This document shows positions 35,831-48,479 of a stretch of 60,000 nucleotides of DNA, one piece after another. The stretch comes from Laetmonice hystrix (lineage: Eukaryota), in the NCBI GenBank assembly GCA_965235115.1, contig OZ249436.1, forward strand, positions 17,424,001 to 17,484,000. Reading direction: 5' to 3'. Each line of letters starts with the position of its first letter. Position 1 is the first letter of the stretch. The notes beneath the pieces are model-generated. The model made no database searches, was not told where the DNA came from, and was given only the letters and a program-made list of their open reading frames with translations. Made by a program: the position numbers and the translations under genes.

Positions 35831-38689
35831 TATTTCGAGCGTGGCTCGAAATATGAAGGTCAAACTATCAATCAATCATTCAATCAAATGGCCATTTCCG
35901 AAAACGTGTGATCAACGTTTCTCAACTACCCACGTCGCAGCTTTATCCAGTGTTTGCTAAGTGTATCCGTGACCTGTTCAAACACTGCGGCGAGTTTCGT
36001 TCCTCGAAAACCTGATAATTGTTTATAACTGTGGGGAAGTAACGAGACTGTGGTGAAAGTCAATGCGAACTCTTCAAATGCATTATTTTTGCAGTGATTT
36101 TAAAGAATTAATTTTCGCCAGCCTGGTTGGCTGCGTGACGTCAAAGACTACTTGTTTGAGGTCAAAGAACGACTCAGGATAGTAAGGGGGTCCATGCTGG
36201 CGCCTCCAGCAGTGGACCAGTTGAGGGTGACGCCAACACAGTGTGCAAACCAACGGGGACGCCAGTACATTTGTCAATACTGGGGTCCTGCCGACGCTAA
36301 TACGTGCGTCAATAGTGCCCCAAGGGACGCTGCCGTGTCGATACAATGTACTTTGGTGGCGCCGGGCGGAATTCTAACACTGGCCCTGATTGGCTGAAGG
36401 ATTTACTATGTCATATAGATGGCGCCACTGATTCCAGATGAGCCTCGATCTGATCTGCATGGCCAGGGGGAGGCTGCTGCCTGGATATACTCAACATGGA
36501 ATCTCCCGCCGCGCCAGGCCCTGGAAATAGGCCTACAGCCACCAGTGTCCCTCCCTCCCCCTACACCCCTGATACTCCCATGACAAGTGTAGGGCTTTAA
36601 CGTTTCTGAAAATCAGAAATGTGAGGTTCTTAGGCCTAGATTCTAAATGTCATTGGCAAGAGGCGCTAATCTATTATCAAGAACAACCCCCAAGTTTGAA
36701 TTGGGAGGAAGAGGTCCTTGAACTTGGAGAAAGACGTCCTTGAGTTTGACCGAAGAGGTCCTTGAGTTTGACCGTGGACGGGAGGCTGAGTACACTCGCT
36801 TGCAGCGCCCCCCGCGGCCCTGTCGTCAACTACACAATCCATGACGTACGTCGGAGCTACCCCAGCCGATCGCTAGGTGGCGTCAGAAGTGTGGAATTGT
36901 GTGGTGTCAGCATCACGCCACCAACACGAGGCTGGGGGGATGGGTCGGATTATCCCGTTCTGAGGATCCCTGGCAATGTTGGCATGACGACCATTGTTGT
37001 GGTTTTGTGGGAAAGATAGGCCTATACCGCCAGAAATGTTGGATGAGGACGTTCGAAGCTAATGCTGTCACGAATTCCAATCCCTGCGCGGGGATTCAGA
37101 GGATCCAATCCTCAGACAGCAAATCCCCAAGTCCTTACTGAATGACAGTATAACTTCCACCATCCCTGGCATTGAGTTAGTCCTAGTCACTATTCAAGTA
37201 GGCCTACAAGTGAAATCGGAGTAATTCAATCGTAGAGATGTGTAGACCATAATAATATGTATTGATAATGTATTAATTTTATAAATCCATTCCTCAGGGA
37301 GAAAATTCTCGGTACCTAGTGTGCTCTGATTTGTTAAAATTCAAATTCAGTACCCAGGTTTGCGTCACGTGACCACACGGTGTTGTGGTGGACCCATGAA
37401 ATGATCCCCTGGTAGTACCGTGACCTTTTGAAACGGTCCCCTTGTAGTACCGTGACCTTTTGATACGCCCCCTTACCGTGATTTATCGATGCGAGCGTCC
37501 TTAAGAAACAATCATGTCATCTCATGATTTACGGTCGTATTTCCAGGCCCAGGTCAGGTGTGTCAAGGTGTGTCAAGGTGTAGTGACCCAACCCAGCACA
37601 GTTGAGAAAGGACTTTGTGACACGGATTCGCATGACCTGATTTCTCACAAGAATTATATATTATCCTGTGTACAGTCCGTCGTCCTGTCTGTCTTGCTGA
37701 CAGTTATTGCCTCCAGGTCAGTCAGTGCTGATTGTGTACAATAAGTCCGAGCTCCGTGTAAAACGAATTGGTTCAATTAAGGCTGGTTTCCTCTGTCTTT
37801 TCTTCTCTACCCGTGCGTGGGAGAGGTCGGGGTCGAGTGGGAGATCCGTGATTGGCGATGAAAGGGTGGATGTTTGAACGAAATGGTGCGATGAACGGTC
37901 ACTCTGTCGTTCCCATGACAACAGGGGGTACTGATTGAAGAACACATCCCGACGCACTGCCCGGGTCATGTGACCTTTGTGTCTAATGTGGATTTATGTA
38001 AATTTTGTATGTAATTTGTGTGGATAAATTGTATGAAACATACATCTAGTATTAAAGAACGCTCACAACGGTTGGCAGCCAATGGACGCTAATTAAAAGT
38101 CGACTCGGTGGGGGAAGAACGCAAGGGTATTAAATTGGCATCTTTAATGACACGTGGGAATTTGTTGTCAGCGTTGTTAGCGGACGGATCACAAAAAGGG
38201 GTTCCCGCAAATCATCTTTTTTTCTTCCCCCAATGTCTGACACGCGGCGGTGATGATGTCAGGGTAATTTGAATTAATTGCATGAGGAAGGCAATTATTG
38301 GGGTGTTTTTTAAAGAGATTCGTTGAGTGGGTGGTTTGTATTTGGGATCAATGTGTGCCGTTTGAAAACTGAGGGTTCGAGTGTTTCATCGAGACAAAAT
38401 TACTTCCCACGGTAGGATTTCATTGGATTGTGTGTTTCGGGCCGACTAGTTCCAATTCTCGCCGGTAGATGGCGTATGAAAGCTGTGGTTCAGGTGTATG
38501 CCAGCTTTGTGAAGGTGTTACATCAGTCCGACCTCTGACCAGGGACTTGTACAGGTACCGCGAGGGGTGGTCACTCTGTGGTCAACACCGACTGACGACT
38601 GGCCAGCTGCCAAGGTGAAGGGATGACGTGATCCAGCACTTTGTAACCCAGTTACTTTGAGAATGTCCGGAGAGAGAAAAGTTGTTCCC

Positions 38690-38780
38690 TCTACTGGAAT
38701 TGAACCCCGGCTCCAAGATTACTGCACCCATTCGCATAGCGTAAGGTATCGACGCCCATGCCCACTCAGCCACCGCCACT
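38690..38780 (-). mobile_element. tRNA-derived SINE head (Pol III A and B boxes), degenerate
   Basis: On the - strand: GGTGGCTGAGTGG (A box, 38774-38762) and GGTTCAATTCC (B box, 38706-38696); no intact cloverleaf seen. Confidence 0.55.
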
Positions 38781-38799
38781 TCCCTAAATTAGGAAGCTT

Positions 38800-39570
38800 G
38801 AGTAGTTGGTGTTTAACGCCCAGTCAGAAGTGAGTGCGTAGTTGGTGTTTAACGTCCAGTCAGAAGTGAGTGCGTAGTTGGTGTTTAACGTCCAGTTAGA
38901 AGTGAGTGAGTAGTTGGTGTTTAACGTCCAGTCAGAAGTGAGTGCGTAGTTGGTGTTTAACGTCCAGTCAGAAGTGAGTGCGTAGTTGGTGTTTAACGTC
39001 CAGTCAGAAGTGAGTGCGTAGTTGGTGTTTAACGTCCAGTCAGAAGTGAGTGAGTAGTTGGTGTTTAACGTCCAGTCAGCAGTGAGTGCGTAGTTGGTGT
39101 TTAACGTCCAGTCAGAAGTGAGTGCGTAGTTGGTGTTTAACGTCCAGTTAGAAGTGAGTGAGTAGTTGGTGTTTAACTTCCAGTCAGCAGTGAGTGCGTA
39201 GTTGGTGTTTAACGTCCAGTCAGCAGTGAGTGCGTAGTTGGTGTTTAACGTCCAGTCAGCAGTGAGTAGTTGGTGTTTAACGTCCAGTCAGCAGTGAGTG
39301 AGTAGTTGGTGTTTAATGTCCATTCAGCAGTGAGTGAGTAGGCCTAGTTGGTGTTTAATGTCCAGTCAGCAGTGAGTGAGTAGTTGGTGTTTAACGTCCA
39401 GTCAGCAGTGAGTGCGTAGTTGGTGTTTAACGTCCAGTTAGAAGTGAGTGCGTAGTTGGTGTTTAACGTCCAGTCAGAAGTGAGTGCGTAGTTGGTGTTT
39501 AACGTCCAGTCAGCAGTGAGTGCGTAGTTGGTGTTTAACGTCCAGTCAGCAGTATTTCAGCCATATCAGG
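38800..39570. repeat. Minisatellite, 36-bp unit, ~21 copies, continuous with a SINE-tail-like sequence
   Basis: GTAGTTGGTGTTTAACGTCCAGTCAGAAGTGAGTGC at 38802, 38838...; the last copy runs into CAGCAGTATTTCAGCCATATCAGG. Confidence 0.96.
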
Positions 39571-39954
39571 GGGAGAACAAGGTTACCTCAGTGGGTGAAA
39601 TCCATTGGGTGATAATGATGAGATAAAGAAACCTGCGCACCTGGGTTTTAGAAGAAGAATTGATTTGTTTATTATTTATCTGTTAATTTCCCGAGTATCA
39701 GCTTCACTAATTTATTTTATTTTCTGAATTATGTAAAACCAACTTTGTAGAAATACGTCGTTAGACGTATAATTGGAGAAGGGCCCATTAGTTGTGAGAG
39801 AAGTTGTCCACCCTGATGGGATGGTTGTCCTCCAGTACCCGCCGTCAGATCATGCCCACAGAGAATGGAGCCACGCACCCTGTGTGAACACAGCGGGATA
39901 ATTTCCTGTTAATTGTCCGAGCTCCTGATGAGATCATTCCAGCCACCTACTCTG

Positions 39955-39977
39955 TTTCCCTCTCTCTGTCTCTGTGT

Positions 39978-40040
<63 letters not shown>

Positions 40041-40075
40041 CTCTATGTCTCTCTTTATCTATTGTACTCTGTCTC
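39955..40075. repeat. (CT)n microsatellite
   Basis: Perfect CT run at ~39980-40030 with degenerate flanks. Confidence 0.95.
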
Positions 40076-42309
40076 AGCTTGTTTTGTTGTTGGCTGACGG
40101 TTGACAGTGATCCTTATTTAATTACACTGGGTTTAGGCGTCTATTTATAGAACCAGGTAGAGATCCGGACATATTCGTTTTTAAAATAGAGCGAGGTTTG
40201 CTCGTCTAAGCTTGATACATGGTCTAATACTTTGTGTCGGTGTGTGTGTATGTTTGTTTGTATATCGCTGTTTGTGTGTGTATTCAGGGTTTTTTCTGTG
40301 CGTTGTTTGTATATTGTGGCAGATTCAGTGTATTCTAGGTTGTTCAGTGTATACTGTGTAGTGTGTATTGTTTATACCGTGTGTTCCTGCAGGCCAGTGG
40401 TGTGTGAATCATAACAATTCGTGATATTGTCAGCCCCAGAGTGGTGAATCATGGGATAGGTGGGCGGGTGGGCGATAATACGGGGGGAGTCCACCACTCA
40501 CGGAGGATAATTGTCATGTGGAGACCGAGAGCATGGACTAATAGAGATAAATGTGAGACAGGAGGAGGATTTTGTGAGTTGTTTATAGGACAATCCAAGA
40601 ATGATGTCATTGTGACCAACCAAAGTTACCACCTCACATGTAGCAGATCTTAAATCGATGTAGGCTAAAGGGTTGAGTATAAGAATAACCCCGCCCTCTG
40701 AAAGGAGGCACTCGTTATCAATATCTAACGTTACACCCAACCACTCAACCCATGGTGTGATGTAATAGAAGGAACGGTGTGTGTGTGTGTGGGGGGGGGG
40801 CAATCAGTGCGATATCCGTCACCTCTGGCACAGACGCTGAATCAGGCCACCTCGTCTGACCAGGAACATCACTTGTAGCTGAAGTCATCCTCATCCATGA
40901 GAAGACGACGTGTCAGGGGACTCGCAATCTGTGTAAGATGTCGTCTGGTTCTTGAAGTCGGGTCACAAACTGGCTGGTCGGCGCGTGCAGCCAAGCCTTG
41001 ATGCCAAGCCAAGCCAAGGTTCTCCTTACAGTAACGTCATGACGTTACGTAACAAGTGCGTGGACTTGTGACGCTATAACGTCATGCTTTTACAAGGACG
41101 TTACAACGTCAGTACGTTACAAAAAACATGACTCCATGACGGTACGACAACACCATATATCAGGCAACCCATTGATGCCAACAGAATGCAGTGGTGGGAA
41201 ATATAACGAGGGCTGTGGACGCACAGCGGCCATTTGTTTGCTGGAATGGTGCTTGGATCGTGATACCCATTCGCTTGTGTCACTTCCCCTATCCAGCCCA
41301 ACCCCGGCCGTCAATAATCTACAGGCCGTTTGGCCGCCACCGCGACGTGTGCACGTCGTGAATTATGTATTGTCAGGGTGTAATCCATTTTACAACATCC
41401 AGGCAGTGGTAAACTTTACTCGACCCTGCTAAATGTACCCATAAATACCGCTCCTAAAAACGAAGTGAAACCACCGCCTCCCCCCCAGCCCTGCCTCCAT
41501 GAGGAGCGGACGGGTATAGTCGGTGGTTTACTGGGACGGGGGGATTTCTGTGAGGTCACATCGGCCGGTCACATCACTTTATCTCTTTATGACACTGTTT
41601 ACATTAGGGGGAATTTCTATATTTATCAAAGATCGACATCAATCATTGTACATGCTGATGAAGAGAAAACAATATTGATGTGGCCTGCAAGTTTGTAGTG
41701 TTGTATCGGGGAAATCTAGAATTAATGAGTAGGCATTATTTCACTTTTTGTTAAAAGATCGGAAACCTATCCTGCATATTTAGAAAAAATATGAAAATCG
41801 TTGACTTTGTATCCCCCGTCAATCCGCAGTGAAAGACAAACCTGACGTCAGTGTTTTTCTATCTTAGAGAAATATCTGCGCAGTCTCATCCTCGACCTTG
41901 CAGTGACCTCGATTCCGACCGTGTTTACCTTAGGTTGATGATGTTGGTGTCTGCCTGGTGTACTCACTGACCGTTAGGTGGCTCTGAGAGGATCTGAGAA
42001 ACCATCCTGTGGTTCGTTCATGATTGGTCAATGTACCCGAGTAGAGTGTAACTATTAAATAGAAGGCGGATTTCTATATCGGGATGCTGGCCATCATGTC
42101 TGTGGTATGGATGAGGAGGGAGTGGCGGGATGGAAGAGTTTGTTGTGACGGGTTGCTGGACGCCCACCTCTGTGAACCTGACTGATACAATGTAACCCCA
42201 GCCAGAGTCAGCGTCATCCGGCGTCATCAGAAGGAATACCTCCCCATGGTAACGGATCCACGAAACCTGGTGTAAGAAACCAAAATTCTCTAACTCCTCC
42301 CCAAAACCT

Positions 42310-43905
42310 AATCCTAACCCCTAGACCCGGTCCCCATACCTTCTAAAATACTATCCCTAGCCCTGCCCCGGCTAACTCTAACCCATAGACCCGGTCCCCA
42401 GACCTCCCTAGCCCTGCCCCGGCTAACTCTAACCCATAGACCCGGTCCCCAGACCTACTCTAGCCCCTAGACCCGGTCCCCAGACCTCCCTAGCCCTGCC
42501 CCGGCTAAGTCTAACCCCTAGACCCGGTCCCAGACCTCCCTAGCCCTGCCCCGGCTAACTCTATCCCCTAGACCCGGTCCCAGACCTCCCAGCTCTGCCC
42601 CGGCTAACTCTATCCCCTAGACCCGGTCCCAGACCTCCCTAGCTCTGCCCCGGCTTACTCTAACCCCTAGACCCGGTCCCAGACCTCCCTAGCCCTGCCC
42701 CGGCTAACTCTATCCCCTAGACCCGGTCCCAGACCTCCCTAGCCCTGCCCCGGCTAACTCTAACCCCTAGACCCGGTCCCCAGACCTCCCTAGCCCTGCC
42801 CCGGCTAACTCTAACCCCTAGACCCGGTCCCAGACCTCCCTAGCTCTGCCCCGGCTAACTCTAACCCCTAGACCCGGTCCCAGACCTCCCTAGCTCTGCC
42901 CCGGCTAACTCTAACCCCTAGACCCAGTCCCCAGACCTCCCTAGCCCTGCCCCGGCTAACTCTAACCCATAGACCCGGTCCCCAGACCTACTCTAACCCC
43001 TAGACCCGGTCCCAGACCTCCCTAGCTCTGCCCCGGCTAACTCTAACCCCTAGACCCGGTCCCAGACCTCCCTAGCCCTGCCCCGGCTAACTCTAACCCC
43101 TAGACCCGGTCCCAGACCTCCCTAGCTCTGCCCCGGCTAACTCTAACCCCTAGACCCGGTCCCAGACCTCCCTAGCTCTGCCCCGGCTAACTCTTACCCC
43201 TAGACCCAGTCCCCAGACCTCCCTAGCCCTGCCCCGGCTAACTCTAACCCATAGACCCGGTCCCCAGACCTACTCTAACCCCTAGACCCGGTCCCAGACC
43301 TCCCTAGCTCTGCCCCGGCTAACTCTAACCCCTAGACCCGGTCCCAGACCTCCCTAGCCCTGCCCCGGCTAACTCTATCCCCTAGACCCGGTCCCCAGAC
43401 CTCCCTAGCTCTGCCCCGGCTAACTCTAACCCCTAGACCCGGTCCCAGACCTCCCTAGCTCTGCCCCGGCTAACTCTAACCCCTAGACCCAGTCCCCAGA
43501 CCTCCCTAGCCCTGCCCCGGCTAACTCTATCCCCTAGACCCGGTCCCAGACCTCCCTAGCTCTGTCCCGGTTAACTCTAACCCCTAGACCCAGTCCCCAG
43601 ACCTCCCTAGCCCTGCCCCGGCTAACTCTAACCCCTAGACCCGGTCCCCAGATCTCCCTAGCTCTGTCCCGGCTAACTCTCACCCCTAGACCCGGTCCCC
43701 AGATCTCCCTAGCCCTGCCCCGGCTAACTCTAACCCATAGACCCGGTCCCCAGATCTACTCTAGCCCCTAGACCCGGTCCCCAGACCTCCCTAGCTCTGT
43801 CCCGGCTAACTCTAACCCCTAGACCCGGTCCCCAGATCTCCCTAGCCCTGTCCCGGCTAACTCTAACCCCTAGACCCGGTCCCCAGATCTCCCTAGCCCT
43901 GCTCC
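42310..43905. repeat. C-rich minisatellite, 50/51-bp unit, ~31 copies, with recurrent short variants
   Basis: CAGACCTCCCTAGCCCTGCCCCGGCTAACTCTAACCCCTAGACCCGGTCC; period 50 at 42481/42531. Confidence 0.97.
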
Positions 43906-44464
43906 GGCTGTGACCACTAATTCCATGGGTCTGTTAGTGGAGAGATGTCACTGTTATCTTCTCCACGACCCCGGTAGCTGTATGGCGGGGGAGTGGCCGG
44001 CTGCTGTGAGTGCTACAAGGAGTACATATAAGGTATTTACTATATGCGCCAGTGGGGAGGGGGTGTGGAGAGATGATGAGCGGCAAAATGTTGACAATCC
44101 TGAGGAATACGTCGACCGAGGCAGGAATTTTATAGTTGGGATTCCAGAACATGGGCTTGGCATGAGGAACATACCTCACTGCTAACAAACACCACATGAT
44201 AAAAACTTGTTTTCAAAGTTTATCGGAGTGGGAGATATTCAGAAACATTGAAACTTCCCTGAGTCGGTGAGTGTCGAGGTTAATGAGTGCGGATGTATAA
44301 ATTGACATCTGGCAAGGTCATTAGGAGGGCTTTGGGTCAACCCTTAATTAATAAGTAGTGTCCCTCAAACATTAATTAATGAGTAGTGCTCCTCAAACGG
44401 GGCCCGGAAACTCTCACTGCTATAGTTTATGATCTTTTACGGAAGACTTGGAACCAATAAAAAT

Positions 44465-44696
44465 ATGGTTTGAATGCCTTCAGATGGGTTGAATGCCCTC
44501 AGATGGTTTGAATGCCCTCAGATGGGTTGAGTTCCCTCAGATGGGTTGAATGCCCTCAGATGGTTTGAATGCCCTCAGATGGTTTGAATGCCCTCAGATG
44601 GTTTGAATGCCCTCAGATGGGTTGAATGCCCTCAGATGGGTTGAATGCCCTCAGATGGGTTGAATGCCCTCAGATGGGTTGAATGCCCTCAGATGA
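44465..44696. repeat. Minisatellite, 19-bp unit, ~12 copies
   Basis: ATGGGTTGAATGCCCTCAG at 44465, 44484, 44503... Confidence 0.95.
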
Positions 44697-45697
44697 CCTG
44701 TTTGCAATACGACCTCTCTCATTCCAACATATCTCCATCCAACCGTGCCAGAATTACTCGGGACAGATACCCGGGTGAAGGTTTGGAAGTGGTAATTCTT
44801 GCTGAATTCCATAACGTACGCAGTTTGTGTCTGTAACACCGGTTAACCTGACACCTGGTTTGGCTGCACTCCCATAAACACTGGATTTCATTAGGCACAG
44901 CCTCGGGGGGAATTTTCAGCATGGGGGAACTTTGAAACCGCTTCCCCGCGAATAAACCATGGGGTACGGCCGGGAGGGGTAGGCCCGGAGTGGGCGGCGG
45001 GTGGGTTCTGGGGGTATCCCAGCCCCCTCAAACTCCGCGCTGATTTCGACCCCCACCCTCCACCCCTGCTGCAGCCAGCTGTGTAACGGTCGGCGAGCGT
45101 TTGCTTGGCCTAGTTTCTATCTGGCACCCGTCCATCCTCAGTGAGCAGCGGGCAGCACCCGCACACTGCCACCTCCACAACAACAACTTACATATAGCCG
45201 CCCGCCGCCAGCACCGACCGACTGACGGAGGCGGAGATCAGTGGTGGTATTTCCCGCCGCGTACGTATAGTCAAACAACACAGAGGACGGACTGACAGAC
45301 GATCATGACAACTGACCACTATCACAGACCCTAACACTGGCTGGAATGTAGTGGGAAACCTCTGGATACGACAAGTCATTATAGAAGTCATCGCGACCCG
45401 TGGGAATCATATGATAGGGTACACCCCCGTGACCCTTGAGGGGTGCCGAGCCTACCCTACCAACGTCTCAAACACTGGGGTACGTAGCGTACCCCAGTGA
45501 CTGGCCGTACACACGGAGGCTGTCAGTGAGCGAGCACACCTGGATTACTGTGGATTTACCTTAGTGAGACTGGGGAGGGGACCAGGGGATTATCTGAGAT
45601 ACCATGTACAAACTCTCGTGTGTCACTATCGAGGGCCCGGTGGACAGAAAGTACGTGAACCTCCCCGGGAACCTTCCAAACGGAACGAGCCCGAAAA

Positions 45698-45708
45698 ATG
45701 GCGTCAAG
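45698..45708 (+). CDS. Probable (alternative) first coding exon end: ATG GCG TCA AG|gtaagc
   Basis: Strong start context aaaATGG, consensus donor AAG|GTAAGC, preceded by ~700 bp of CpG-rich non-repetitive sequence with GC-box-like motifs at 44970-45065. Confidence 0.5.
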
Positions 45709-46384
45709 GTAAGCTGGCTACATCTCCTACCCGTGTCAAGGCTGTCTGTCGGCGGATCACACGAGCTTTGATCTCAGATCGATGGTAGAGAGCAGGGTAC
45801 AGAATGGAGTTTATTTATAGAACTAACAATAATTCATGTCGACATCACAATCATCAGTTACCTGTCAAACTGTAGGTATGGTATCATGGCGCAGAGATTG
45901 CAGAGGGTCGGAGGAGGAGAATTATTTAATTTTAAGGAGAGGGGGGGGGGGGGGTGATACAGGCGAGGTGTAATTAAGGGCTGTTAGTTATCAGCCTGCA
46001 CGGGGCAAAGAAAAATACCCCTGTATTCATGTTCCATGTATTCATGTTTCCCGGAATTGTTCCACATGGGGTAAAGTAAGCAGTCTGTTCTGCCCCACCC
46101 CGGTAATCACCCAAACTTTTCCCCAAAAATGGACAAAAACTGATCTCTATCCCTGCCCTTACCCCAACCTCGTGGGGAATTAAAAAAACTGGGTGAGGAA
46201 GGAGTGTAAGGTCACGGGGTCAAGGAGGTGACCCTAACCACACCTGTGACGCAGTCAGCGTGCCTGGCCGGGGGGTGGGGGTGGGGGTGGGGGGGGGGGG
46301 TGGAGAGGCCGGGGATCGGAGAGATATATTCCTATGTCAGAATGTTTCGCCGGAAGCCGTCCATCCACCGACCACAGGTATCCC

Positions 46385-46752
46385 TGAAACGTGGCCCCAA
46401 CAATACCAGTGGTGGCTGTCAGGTGAAACGTGGCCCCAACAATACCAGTGGTGGCTGTCAGGTGAAACGTGGCCCCAACAATACCAGTGGTGGCTGTCAG
46501 GTGAAACGTGGCCCCAACAATACCAGTGGTGGCTGTCAGGTGAAACGTGGCCCCAACAATAACAGTGGTGGCTGTCAGGTGAAACGTGGCCCCAACAATA
46601 CCAGTGCTGGCTGTCAGGTGAAACGTGGCCCCAGCAATACCAGTGCTGGCTGTCAGGTGAAACGTGGCCCCAGCAATACCAGTGGCAGTGCTGGCTGTCA
46701 GGTGAAATGTGGCCCCAGCAATACCAGTGGCAGTCAGGTGAAACGTGGCCCA
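46385..46752. repeat. Minisatellite, 39-bp unit, ~9.5 copies
   Basis: TGAAACGTGGCCCCAACAATACCAGTGGTGGCTGTCAGG repeated. Confidence 0.95.
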
Positions 46753-46969
46753 ATCAAAAATGCACCAAAATGAAAAAAACAAAATACCGTTTTTTGTAAT
46801 TGGGTATAAGAAAAAGATTTAGTGTAAAAAATAGGCATTATTTTATTGGCAACAATGTGGTCGTTAGGAAGTTACGTCAGTGTTGGTACAGTATGGTCAT
46901 GCCCTGGTGTCTGGGGTGAATGGGGGGGGGGGGGGGGTAACTCGCCACCCGATACATGTACAGCACCCC

Positions 46970-47205
46970 TACTGACTGTCGGACCTTGAAGTGCTGACTG
47001 ACTGACCTTGAAGTGCTGACTGACTGACCTTGAAGTGCTGACTGACTGACCTTGAAGTGCTGACTGACTGACCTTGAAGTGCTGACTGACTGACCTTGAA
47101 GTGCTGACTGACTGACCTTGAAGTGCTGACTGACTGACCTTGAAGTGCTGACTGACTGACCTTGAAGTGCTGACTGACTGACCTTGAAGTGCTGACTGAC
47201 TGACA
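46970..47205. repeat. Minisatellite, 22-bp unit, ~10 identical copies
   Basis: TGACCTTGAAGTGCTGACTGAC, period 22 (46982/47004). Confidence 0.96.
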
Positions 47206-48010
47206 AATGGACAGCGAAGGTCAGTACGATGTGTACACGGTCGCTCCCACTGTGAGTGAGTGAGTGGAGGCGATTTTATGTCAGAACGAAAGTAATCGTC
47301 CCGAATAACCGGGACCGTCGTCCCGAATAACCCGGACCGTCGTCCCGAATAACCCTGACCGTCGTCCCGAATAACACACTCCCCGGTTGTGGACGTGAGA
47401 GGAGCACGTATACTGTGACAGCTGAAACTGATCTGAAACTGGTGGATCGCCACTAAGGGCTTTCGCCCAGTTTTGTAGATTTCCCGACAGCGGGGTGAAT
47501 GACCTTGTTTTGTCCCTGAGATGGGGTGGGGCAGGGGTGGGGTACATGGAGGTAGACAGGCTGGAGGTGATAGAGGTGGTTCTCCTGTCTAAGGGAGCAG
47601 ACATATCAAACCGTCACGGGAGATTATTTTATAGGTCATTATGACCTATATCAGGATCTTAAGGACATGAAGTAGGTTTATTCAGAGGAAGAAAAAAACG
47701 TTATTGTCCGCATGTCGGTGATATACGACGACACAGGTCAATGTAAACAGGAAGAAGATAAATCCGAATGTCATTGTCGCGTACCGAGTGTCAGGATTTG
47801 ATTGGTTAGAAAGGTTGGCCCCCTCCGTGGTGACATTCCCACGATATGGGGGGGGGGGAGGTGTTAGGGTCAGGGCTAGGGAGCAGGGTCAGGGGCACGG
47901 TTTAGGGACGGTCTGTATGGGGACCGTTATTAGGGGGGGGGGTTATGATTATGTTTTGGGAGAGGAATAATGATTGATCTTTACTTCTTACTCTCAACTT
48001 TCGTGTAGAT

Positions 48011-48232
48011 GTTACCATGGTGACCGTTATTAGGGGACACGTTACCATGGGGACCGTTTTGGGGGAGACGTTACCATGAGAACCGGTATTAGGGGAGATG
48101 TTCCCATGGTGACCGTTATTAGGGGAGACATTACCATGGGGACCGTTATTAGGGGAGACGTTACCATGGGAACCGTTATTAGGGGAGACGTTACCATGGG
48201 AACCGTTATTAGGGGAGACGTTACCATGGGGA
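48011..48232. repeat. Minisatellite, 30-bp unit, ~7.5 copies, each carrying an RFX X-box-like 14-mer
   Basis: GTTACCATGG(T/G)(G/A)ACCGTTATTAGGGGAGAC at 48011, 48041, 48070, 48100, 48130, 48160, 48190, 48220. Confidence 0.93.
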
Positions 48233-48479
48233 ATCTACCGTTTGAAGGAGAAGGATTGGTCGGTGTAACTGTGAACTCCGGGGGCCGAGCAAACACAGGT
48301 ATCTCTCACCTCTCTCAACCCTGCCACTCACTGTCAAATGTCAAGGACGGCGAACTGCGCCATGGGGGAATGAGGGTGAGACTCCTGTCTGTTCTCATGG
48401 TGAATGGGAGGTGTGAGGAGGGAGGAGTTCTCTAAATGATGAAGGAGGGGGACAGGCCGACCCGCCAGCCCGACAGGCC

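Noticed and set aside
38690..38780. Functional tRNA gene
   Set aside because: A and B boxes are present but I could not form acceptor and anticodon stems; treated as a SINE head.
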